In this document: one piece after another, positions 53,359 through 64,000 of the stretch
Layout of the letters: every line of letters begins with the position of its first letter
Numbering within the stretch: position 1 is the first letter of the stretch
From: Octopus vulgaris
Lineage: Eukaryota
NCBI GenBank assembly: GCA_951406725.2
Contig: OX597818.1
Coordinates: forward strand, 143,530,001 to 143,594,000
Length of the DNA stretch: 64,000 nucleotides
Direction: 5' to 3'
Position numbers and translations under genes: made by a program
Notes under the pieces: model-generated
What the model saw: the letters and a program-made list of their open reading frames with translations, nothing else
Databases searched by the model: none
Told to the model about the DNA's origin: nothing

Positions 53359-53869
53359 TTGCGCGTGTGTTATGCACGTGCTTGTGTTTTGATCTTATTG
53401 AGCTGTTCATAACTTAAATGGTTAGTTTTCGTATGAATGATTACATTGAGAAGATAAATTAGTTGTGACAGTTCACATTACTGGAGACACTGTGACACCG
53501 AAATAATTGCAGCCTGAAGAGCACGTGTGTTCAAGATATACTTGTGATAGAAAGCTGAACTGTGACTGAGAATTATAGTAAGTTTTAATTTGTTTTAATT
53601 AATTTATATTTCTGTTGATGTCATCGTCTTTCTTGATCAGAATTAATCATCATGCTGATGGCTTTATGCTAATAGATTTTTATTTATTTATTTCTCATTA
53701 AAGGTGTGATTTTAATTAATTATTATGTTAGCACAGTCTTAACTAATAAACTATAGTAATGTTCATTGTAAAATTACTTTAGGTCTTGTCTGTTATAAGA
53801 GATAGACACTGGCCGAGAAGTGTGATTTGGTAACATTAAAATACTGTAGCAAGGAAGTGACAAGAATGA

Positions 53870-54705
53870 TTGTAGAAACATGCAAAGAAAATGATTCTGA
53901 AAACTTTGGATATATCAGAAGACAGAACATATTATGAAAAGGTCCAAAACTACAGTCAGCAGAAAATAATGAGAAACTTAAAATCCATGTTAAACTTATA
54001 CAGAGAAGGGCTCACGGACAAGCAATACGACAATATGACCAATTTCATAAGTAAATCCAGTCAAATCTATGGTATTCCTAAGATACACAAAAGTGAGAAA
54101 ATAAGTAACGCATGCAGGATAGTCACAGGCATAATAATCAAAGTCCCTACTCCTAATGACAACTCAATATCCACGACCTCAGACATCCCAAATTAAAGAA
54201 GGATTTACAAACAAAAGCCCTACCCTACATCGCCACACACAACCCTCTTAACAATGAATATATCGACACCATCCTCCAAAACATTCCCCTACTATAAAGA
54301 GACCACAGAATGAATTTAATTCTCCAAACGCACACCATCATAAAAAGCCCAAATCTATGATAAGTCTGCTAACACTGAAGCCGTCAGTAAAAAAAATGCG
54401 GAAGACCTAAGGTATATGCGTCAATCTAATTGAGGGATCAGAGTTCTCTTTCAAACAGGGTCAACGTTTCACAGTTAAAAGCAACTTTACATGTGCTTCG
54501 GAGAACCTGATATATGTATCAACCAGCTCTGGGTGTCGAGAGCAATACATAGGCCAAACGAAAAGCAGTCTACGTCAAAGGATGGCTCTCAACAGATCTC
54601 AGATCAAAATTCCGAAAAACAGAAAAATAGCATTCAGCGAACACATCGACATTTGAGCCAATAGCAAACAACCAAGCCTCAGAATCTTTCCCTTCTATCA
54701 ATTAG
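53870..54705 (+). mobile_element. Internally deleted Penelope-like element (RT N-terminus + GIY-YIG), Neptune-like
   Basis: IYGIPKIHK; LPYIATHNP; CGRP..IC linker; FTCASENLIYV...CREQYIGQT..LRQRM. Confidence 0.9.
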
Positions 54706-54719
54706 AAATTCTTGCAGGT

Positions 54720-56183
54720 TCCCCGCTACGTCCGTGTGTAGGTATCAAGTGACAATATTTGTCAACGTAAGATAAGGCTAGCACGGTTGACTAAACAAGT
54801 CATGTGACTATCCACTACCAATCAAATCCTATTCAAAACATATACTAATTTGAGCCATGAACTCTCTATAAAAACAGGGCAAACTTCAAACACTAGTCAG
54901 AAGCAAGACAGCTTCTTTGGTCGTCGAGTCGTTTGATTCCCTATTAGTCGCTTCATGTAAGACGCTTGTTGTTTAATTGTTGAAGGTCTACTGTACCTAA
55001 TTGTGAGTTGTTGAAATTGTTGAATTATTGTTCGTTACCTGTTGATTTTTGTTTTCTTCCCCATTTATGGGTGAAGTCAATAATAACAACGTTATGGAGA
55101 GTCAACCAATTCCAGCAGGTAGTTACGCTGCAGCAGCTGAGAAAAGTTTGACGGCAGATATCTTGCAAGTAAGAGAAATTCAACTGGAGGAGACAAATTT
55201 TAAGAAATACAATGAATTATTAAGAAAGGAAGGAGACAGCCTGAAGCTGACACCGCCCAAGAAAATTATGGAAAAGACAGAAAAAAGGACAGTAATATAC
55301 AGAACGATGTCTATGGCTACAAAAAGAGTTGAAATAGCTGCAGCAGAGGTAGTCGAAGAATGCTTGAAAGAGATTAAAAACCTCACTACGTATTACACCA
55401 GAGGCAAGAAATATGGCACAGTGAAGATACGCTTTGCGAGCGAACTAGAAGCGATAAAACACTCCACTGTGCCTTTGAGATCCACTGAGTGGGTACTACT
55501 GTCAACCTACTGTGGCAAACCGACGGTGGCAAACGTGCGGCCAGAATTAGGATTGGTAGAGTGCCCCTAGAGATTGAAGAGGCATGGCTGGCAGCAGCCA
55601 TCCTCTACAACACAGAGAAGGAGACTAAAACCCTCAAAATTACAAGAACAGCAGAGGTGGACTGGTGGGGATACGGCCTTGAGGTGACGGTCCACATCAG
55701 TTTACCAGACCTCCACAAAATTGCAGAGGAATTAGTGTTACTGGACGAGACGATGCCAAGATTTATAGTGGAGGGAAGACTTCCCATGTGTTTTCAGTGT
55801 GGAGTGCGGGGACACATTAAAGCAAAGTATCCACAGAAAAAGGGAAAGAAAACATAGAGGAGGATCAATGCGAAAGACCAGAGATAGTAAAAAGGAAAAT
55901 GACGGAGGAGAAAACAGGTGAGCAGAAAGGAAAGGAAGAGAGACGAGAGATAGCAACAACAAAGAGTAAGTGAGATACAGAGAAGGATGAGACACCAACA
56001 CCTGGAACATCAGGAGAGAATAACGACGGAAAACGGGAGTGGGTACGAAAAGGCAAACACATTCGAACGATGATAAACTGCATAAAGAGTGTAGAGATCG
56101 AGAGAAAGAGTACAAAATTGGAAAATGTAATTAGAGTCAAGTTATCAAGGAGGGAGTGTACCGAGGACGATGGGGCGGTCTTG

Positions 56184-56222
<39 letters not shown>

Positions 56223-56390
56223 GAGAGAGAGAGTGAGGGGGGAGAGAGATGTGAAAGGTTAAAGGAACTATTTGGTGAACAAATTGAAATAACGCCGTTA
56301 CAGGCTCGATACAACGAGATGCCACTAGGGGTGGTATTTGAGGATATAATGCAGTTTTTATATAAGAAAGTAAGTAAAAATGATTTTTAA
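54720..56390 (+). mobile_element. Tx1/L1-type ORF1 relic with no adjacent ORF2
   Basis: RIRIGRVPLEIEEAWL...VEGRLPMCFQCGVRGHIK, homologous to 58049-58687. Confidence 0.8.
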
Positions 56391-56551
56391 AAATCGTGAC
56401 GTATATTTGCCATTTAAATATGGCTAACCCCTAAGGGTGGATGCTACTGTAGTTTGTAGCCCCAGGAGGACACCTCCCCCAGCTGGCTATAGACACACTT
56501 CCTATCAGTATTTGCAAAGGGAAGCCATCATTCCCGTCTTCAACTTATGAT

Positions 56552-56598
56552 ACACACGGACTCGAGTTTCTGGATATTGACCCGTCATCGGCGCGTGT
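56552..56598 (-). ncRNA. Minimal type I hammerhead ribozyme motif (U4C variant)
   Basis: acacgcg-CCGAUGA-c-gggu(caau)aucc-a-GAAAC-ucga-GUC-cgugugu. Confidence 0.6.
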
Positions 56599-56895
56599 CA
56601 ATCACAGTTGTCGATGAAAAGTAGGTTCCCTTCGCAAATACATATCCTTTTTCCAGTATCGTAAAGACACTGATATCGAAAAGTGTAAACACGCAATAAT
56701 AAATCTTAGAGCGAGTTATAAACAGTAGCTGCAACACATCGTTTGTTACTAATGACTTTTTTTTAGAAAAAAAGGAAAACAGTTACAAAACAGAATATTG
56801 AATTGAAAGTTAAACGATAGACATAAACAGTAAAACGAAACTGCCTGCTTTGGCGGGCGGCTAAGTTATTTCATCTCATTATTATTTATTCATAA

Positions 56896-57281
56896 GGGGA
56901 GGCGCAATGGCCCAGTGGTTAGGGCAGCGGACTCGCGGTCATAGGACCGCGGTTTCGATTCCCAGACCGGGCGTTGTGAGTGTTTATTGAGCGAAAACAC
57001 CTAAAGCTCCACGAGGCTCCGGCAGGGGATGGTGGTGATCCCTGCTGTACTCTTTCACCACAACTTTCTCTCACTCTTACTTCCTGTTTCTGTTGTACCT
57101 GTATTTCAAAGGGCCGGCCTTGTCACTCTCTGTGTCACGCCGAATATCCCCGAGAACTACGTTAAGTGTACACGTGTCTGTGGAGTGCTCAGCCACTTAC
57201 ACGTTAATTTCACGAGCAGGCTGTTCCGTTGATTCGGATCAACCGGAACCCTCGTCGTCGTAACCGACGGAGTGCTTCCAC
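56896..57281 (+). mobile_element. tRNA-derived SINE, family C, with 12-bp TSD
   Basis: A box tggcccagtgg, B box ggtttcgattccc; TSD atttattcataa at 56884-56895 and 57282-57293. Confidence 0.9.
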
Positions 57282-57399
57282 ATTTATTCATAAATTCATC
57301 CGTTATATGTTTTGTGTATAGTTTTGTCTGTGTTTGTATCGTCCCATCTTTATAAGAGGCCTTGTGCCTAATAAAAGAAATGAAGACAGCTTTGCTGGT

Positions 57400-60300
57400 G
57401 TTCAGTCATTCTGTTTGCGGCTAAAGTTAGTTAATATTGAAATTGTTGCCTTTTCGCAAGATTTGTTATTCGCCTGCTTCCACGAGTTCGTTAAATTGTG
57501 TTTGTGGTTTCCCGTAAGGGAAACGTGGTTTAAAAATTTTACTTGGTTTTAAATTTTGTGAACTGTTATCCTCCCCCAACGGGGGATGCATATACAAATT
57601 GTTTATTTCTGTGAACTGTGTTCCGTTGCGGAACAACTTTGAAAAATATTGTTTGTGCTGTTTAATAATTTTTGTGAAAAAATATATATTTTGAAAACGT
57701 CTTCAACTGAAGAAACATGAAAATTGAATTTTGCCGCCGCTGTTGGTGGGTCTGAAGCGATAAGTCTGAAAAAGGAGGATATACAAGCATACTTCGGTAT
57801 GATAACTGAGGAAAACGGCGAAAGTAGGATTAATCCACCGAACAAGTTAATCAACAAAACTAGAAAAAAAACCCAATTATTTATAAATCTTATGACACAT
57901 TAGAGAAGAAATTTGAACATTTTGAAGAGAGCACCGTGGAAAAGTGTCTTGGGTCGGTATTAAGTCAAATAAAATACCTGGCCCGAGGCCCTAGATTTGC
58001 GACGGTAGAAGCTAGGTTCGAGTCTGCAAAGAAGGGGAGTTCTCGACTTTGCAGAACGGCAAATTAATTCTCATACCATTATATTTGGGACGAAGGACAT
58101 CCCGAATAAAAATAAAAAACATTCCACCAGAAGTCGAGGCAGCGTGGATCGTGGCCATCATATTGTTCGGAAGAGAGAACAAGATAAATATTATACAGAT
58201 CTCTAGAGACGCTTCGCAAAACTGGCGGGGCCAAACTCTGGAGATCCTCGCGCAGGCCACGAGCACCGATTTGGAAAGTTTTCCAGAAGGTGAGGAGACT
58301 GTGTTGGTGGTTCACGTTGAATGTCGGCGACCAAGGTGCTTCAAGTGTGGCAAAATAGGCCACCTAAGATCACAGTGCCCCACAAAGAAAAAGAAAAACG
58401 AAGAGGGAGAAAAAGACGAAGAAAACGATGAAGAGGCGTCGCCACCAGCCAAGGAGGCTATTACCGAAAAGACGACCGCCTCTACCAGTAAAGAAGACCA
58501 AGCAAAACCAGCCGTGACACCGTCTGCAGAAGTCATGGAATTTCAGACGGTGTCGCGAAAACGCACAAAGAAAATGGTGTTACCCACTAAGACCCAAGAG
58601 GCGGCTCCAGAAAGCAAAGCAGCGAAAAAAACCCAAAAGAACCAAAGAAGGGGAAAACGAGACTGGCAAAAAATCGACGCACCTTAGAAAGCGGATAGCT
58701 TTTAGAAATAGTAATAAATACTTGGAGTGGGTGATTGCACCCCACCATCAAATGGTGCTGTACACTAACAGTGACAGTAGAAGCCCTGTAACGATAGGGA
58801 AAATTTCGAAACAACTATATATGGACTTGAAAGAGAGACATCCTCAAGAAATAGCGCAGTTGAACAAGCTATCGAAAGTTTTTAACCCGCCGGTAGAGCC
58901 GTTCCTATACGAGAGGAAGGAGGAGGGGAAACCGGTATCATTCATACTGAAATCGATTCAACTCGAAATCTGAAAAGAGCAGGTAGATTCCAATGTTCTT
59001 CCTTTTTGTTTTTGACATGGTTATGCTACGCATTAGTTGTTTAAATGTTCGTGGCCTGGGCTCGAAGAGGAAGCAGGCTTGTTTTCTCGACGACCACAGG
59101 TCACACAGAATTGATATGATGGTTGCTACAGAAACCAAGCTGGACAAGCTGCAGACCTTCTCAACTCTCCTGACTGGTTATGAGAAAATCATGTCTCCTA
59201 GTCGGACAGTGGGGAAGGGAGGTGTTGTGGTTTTGTTCCGGAAAAGCTTGGCTTTGCAGACACGTACGATCTTCGTGGACCCAGAAGGCGAATCGGTGTT
59301 TCTGGATCTGACATACAGAGGTAAGGCATTCAGTACGCTAGGCAAACGGGAATGAGTTCTATCGACGTCTGGAGAATTTTCTGGTGACGTCAAGGACAAT
59401 AGATTTGTTAGGAGATTTTAATGCTATTCTCGATGCACACTTGGATAGAATAGGCTCAAACGATAGGAAATGCAACTCATGCCTCGTCGATCTGCTGAAG
59501 CGATTTAGGATGGCAGATCGATACAGACTTGATAACCCGAGCGTTCCAATGTGGACTTGGATTAATAGCGACAGATCAATCACATCTTACATAGACAGGA
59601 TTATAGTTAATGCTAGAGATAAGTCTAGTTTTAGCAGTCCACAGTTTACCTATGTACCCTACACGGATCAAAAATTAGTGACGTGTGGGTTTTATATAGA
59701 TAAGATCCATAGACAGGGATCTGACTATTGGAAGTTGAACAAGTCCCTATTTGATTGCGAAACTTACCGGAGCCAGATCAAGGTGTTAGTAATGCGGGCA
59801 AGAACCAGCGCCGTGTTAAATAACCGGTGATGTAGGGCCCTCAAAAGAGCCATTCGACTTGAGTAGACTAGATTTAGCAAGCAGTTAAGTCTAGAGCAGA
59901 CTAGGGTAGAAAGGGATTTAGTTAAGGTGTTATAAGAGGCGCTGAGAATGGGCTCTGCACCCCAAGTTTTGGCGGCGAGATTGGTCTTGGACCGACACCT
60001 CAATGCCAAACGCGAAGGATATAGAGTTCGAACTAAAGTATATGCACTGGATCGCGAGGGTATCAACGTTGCCAGGCGGGTTCGTTCGGTAGAAACCCAA
60101 TGTGGAGTGGATGCTGCGATAAGGTATGTGATTAACGAACATGGACAGGAGATCGAAGGACAGGAGATGTGCAAGGCCTTTCACGAGCACTTTGCTACGT
60201 TGTTCGGGTGGAGCGGGACGCTGGATCATGGAGATGCCCTCCGGGATTTCCTGGCCGGCGGCCCGCGTCTTTCGGCGCGTGACGCTGAGCGCTGTGAAGG

Positions 60301-61440
60301 GCCGATTACGGCAAAGGAGGTTATAGAGGTGCTTTCCGAGTGCCCCGGGGAAAAGTCGCCGGGATTATATGGCCTACCGTACGAATTTTATAAAAGTATG
60401 CCAGACTTGTTCGGGAACATACTGGCCAATGTGTACGCAAATTGGCAACAGAATGGGAGAATTCCCAAATCTGTGAGCCGAGGAGTGGTGACACTGATCA
60501 AGAAGGACCCGAGCAAGGGGGATGACATTAATAATTTTTGGCCCATAACTCTACTAAACACAGAGTTAAAGATTTTGGCCAAGGTGCTAGCCAAGAGAAT
60601 GAGGATTGTCGTAGGCGACCTGATGGGAGAGGTACAGACATGTGCCATCCCACGAAGGACGATACATGACAATCTTCATCTCATTAGCTACACCACAGAG
60701 AGGGTTGGTAAAGTTCCTGGCAAAGGTGGGTACTGGTGAATTTGGACCATTCTAAGGCATTCGATAGGGTCGACCATCGATATCTGGCGGCGGTCCTCCG
60801 GGCGATTGGACTTGGCCCGACTTTCCGAGGTTGGAGCGAAGCTTTGTATTGCAACATCGAATCTGTCATCCGGGAGAATGGGTTCTTCTCGAACCCGTTC
60901 GCAATCGAGCGTTCGGTTCGCCAGGGCTGCCCCCTGTCCCCACTCCTGTATGTATTGGTTCTTGAGCCACTGCTGCGGAGATTGGGGACTATGGGAGTAG
61001 ACTCACGTTATCTGAGTTAGGGTAGAAGTGCGACGGCATATGCGGATGATGTTACCATCATCGTGTCTGATGAAGGGCAGCTACCTCGTGTAGAAGACGC
61101 CATCAAAAGATTCGAAACGGCGGCAGGGGCAAAAATTAACCAGGAGAAATCAGTCGGCTTGCAACTCGGTACCTGACGTGGCAAGTCGATGCCTCCCAGT
61201 TAAATTGCTCGGAATCTGGTTTGGACCAGATCACCAGTTGGAGAAAAACTGGAGCGAGGTGAGGAGTAAGGTGATGACCAAAACCCAGACCTGGTCTGGG
61301 AGGATGTTTTCCTTGCTAGGAAGTGCTGAGGTTGCTCAGGTGTTTATAGCATCTGTAATAACCTACCGCCTGACCGTTGTGCCTTGCCCTGGTTTGTGGA
61401 TGACCAAGTTGGAATGGATCCTTTTCCGTTTTTTGTGGAC
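57400..61440 (+). mobile_element. Tx1/L1-clade LINE (ORF1 zinc knuckle, ORF2 APE + RT), disrupted and 3'-truncated
   Basis: CFKCGKIGHLRSQC; LNVRGL, ETKL, GDFN, YWKLN; KSPGLYG, PITLLN, KAFDRVDH, VRQGCPLSPLLY, AYADD. Confidence 0.95.
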
Positions 61441-61585
61441 ACGGAAAACGCTTATATTCAGCCCAGTGCTCAACTGATACTATTTTATCGACCCCGGCGA
61501 CATTTGAACTCAGAACGTTAAATTAGAAGAAATGCCGCTAAGCATTGCTTTTCTGGCAAGGTAACGATTCTGCCAGCACGTCAAC

Positions 61586-61717
<132 letters not shown>

Positions 61718-62270
61718 GCCCTGATGCAGTACCAGGCAGTGGCTCTCATGGCTTCTGATCTTAACTGATTGGAAGTGTTATCATGTACATTGTTTTGTCT
61801 TGGTATAAAAGATGGGCTACAGAAAATATTCTGCTCAATACCACAGATTTGCTTGTCAGTTGTTTGACCTTAACCAGTTGAGCATGTCCCTTAGTGGCTG
61901 ACGATATGTGCATCTCTGATCACGAGCAGAAGTAGTGGGGAGCATCATAGCCATGTGTTGAGAGGGATTCTTTGAGGTTTGAATAATTCACCTCTGGAAA
62001 CATGGGTGGTTCTTTCAACATCCTTAAACAACCCTTATTCAGGGACCTTTTGAGCGGGATGGGCAACTCAACCTGAAGAAAATTCTAACTGGGTCCCACC
62101 TGCAAGGTCATGTGCTGTTTATCTTGATATAAGATCACCATGTCGCGCACATATGGTTGTGATGCATGTGCCTGGTGTACCCTTATCAGACGGGTAGTCA
62201 TGATGGGTATATTGGGCTTCGTATATTTTATCCCTGTGTCACTTTGATGGTATGCACTGCTCTCTCACTC
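61718..62270 (+). mobile_element. 553-bp non-coding interspersed element in (AAT)n
   Basis: Same family as 51930-52483; further partial copies at 62310-62697 and ~63000-63277. Confidence 0.85.
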
Positions 62271-62274
62271 AATA

Positions 62275-62308
<34 letters not shown>

Positions 62309-62697
62309 AGGGTGGGCCACAGCAAATATTCTGCTCAATACCACAGATTTACTTATGAGTTCTTTGACCTTAACCAGTTGAGCATGGCCCTTGGTGGCTG
62401 ATGATATTTGCATCTCTGATCACGAGTAGAAGTAGTGGGTGAATCATAGCCATGTGTCGAGAGAAGTAGTGGGTGAGTTCATCATCCTTAAACAACCCTT
62501 ATTCAAGCACCTTTTGTGCGGAATAGGCTACTCGACGTGAAGAAAATTTTAACTGGGCCCCACCTACAAGGTCATGCGCTGTTTATTTTGGTTCGTGCAC
62601 ATATGGTTGAGATGCATGTGTCTGTCATGATGGGTATACTGGGCTTCGTATATTTTACCCCAGTGTCTCTTTTATGTCATGCACTGCTCTCTCACTC

Positions 62698-62733
<36 letters not shown>

Positions 62734-63277
62734 CAACACCGGGGGACGTTTAAGATGTAAGAAGGAAAATTCAGAGCTCCGAAATCTATCCACAAACATC
62801 GAAAACAAGGACATCCAATGGAGCCAAAGTTTTACTAACAAAGAATTGGACTGTATCCGAGTAAGTAATACTAATTGAAATTTATTACTATTTTCGAAAC
62901 GAAATGATGTATTTTGACTCGATATCATCTCCACCTCTAACGCAACACATGTAAACATGCGTGGAACATCACGATCATCCCCGACCCCAAACACCATGTG
63001 TCGAGAGGAATGTTTGTTTAGTTTGAATAATTGACTTCTGGAAACATGGGTATTTCGTTCATCATCCTTAAACAACCCTTATTCATGCACCTTTTGTGCG
63101 GAATAGGCTACTCGACGTGAAGAAAATTTTAACTGGGCCCCACCTACAAGGTCATGCGCTGTTTATTTTGGTTCGTGCACATATGGTTGAGATGCATGTG
63201 TCTGTCATGATGGGTATACTGGGCTTCGTATATTTTACCCCAGTGTCACTTTTATGTCATGCACTGCTCTCTCACTC

Positions 63278-63366
<89 letters not shown>

Positions 63367-63427
63367 CAACAACAACAACATCGAAAAATACCTTAGGAGT
63401 GGAAACCCAGGTTCGAAATTTCCCGAA

Positions 63428-63473
63428 GACACCTGATGAAGGCTGGAGGGTATATCAGCCGAAACGTTGTGTT
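63428..63473 (+). ncRNA. Minimal type I hammerhead ribozyme motif
   Basis: gacac-CUGAUGA-a-ggcug(gaggguauau)cagcc-GAAAC-GUU-guguu; palindromic aacguu stem III typical of PLE hammerheads. Confidence 0.7.
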
Positions 63474-63563
63474 AACAGCAAACAAGATGACGACAAGTAT
63501 CCGTCTAATGTAAATAATGTACATAATTCCTCATCTCTTAAATATAGAACTGGAATAATAATG

Positions 63564-63697
<134 letters not shown>

Positions 63698-63734
63698 GAA
63701 AGGATTGAAGTACGCCTCCTGAAGATATAGAGTC

Positions 63735-63968
63735 AAAATTAAATGAAGAGTGCCATTGTTATCTAGTGAACGATATCTCGACATCTTGTGTGTCTTCAAC
63801 TGGTTTAGAAAATAAATTTGTCAATCTACTTCATTTTGGTTAATATATTTTGGTTCTATATTAACCAAAATGAAGTAAATTGACAAATTTATTTTCTGAA
63901 CCAGTTGAAGACACACAAGATGTCGAATATCGTTCACTAGATAACAATGGCACTCTTCATTTAATTTT
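63735..63968. repeat. Imperfect palindrome, ~112-bp arms, 9-nt loop
   Basis: 63735-63847 versus 63857-63968, few mismatches. Confidence 0.92.
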
Positions 63969-64000
63969 AATTTTAATTTTAATAATGATGATCATCATCA

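Overview
AT-rich, repeat-saturated eukaryotic DNA. The SINE families and microsatellite load look like a cephalopod (octopus-type) genome, which is an inference. I find no intact host protein-coding gene, and most ORFs in the track are microsatellite translations. The window holds decayed mobile elements: R4/Dong-type RLE LINEs, a CR1/Jockey-group LINE, Tx1/L1-type LINEs, RTE fragments, Penelope-like (GIY-YIG) fragments, mariner/Tc1 relics, non-autonomous Helitrons, MITEs and at least four tRNA-like SINE families. Two features go beyond routine repeats. (1) Several minimal type I hammerhead ribozyme motifs are present, some non-canonical. Two homologous ones sit at the apex of long rod-like fold-backs (27625-27882 and 56508-56641), and one has an apparently compensated A3:U8 core (33602-33636). 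(2) Long, near-perfect palindromes and inverted repeats cluster at 27.6-33 kb. Coordinates and alignments were read by eye.
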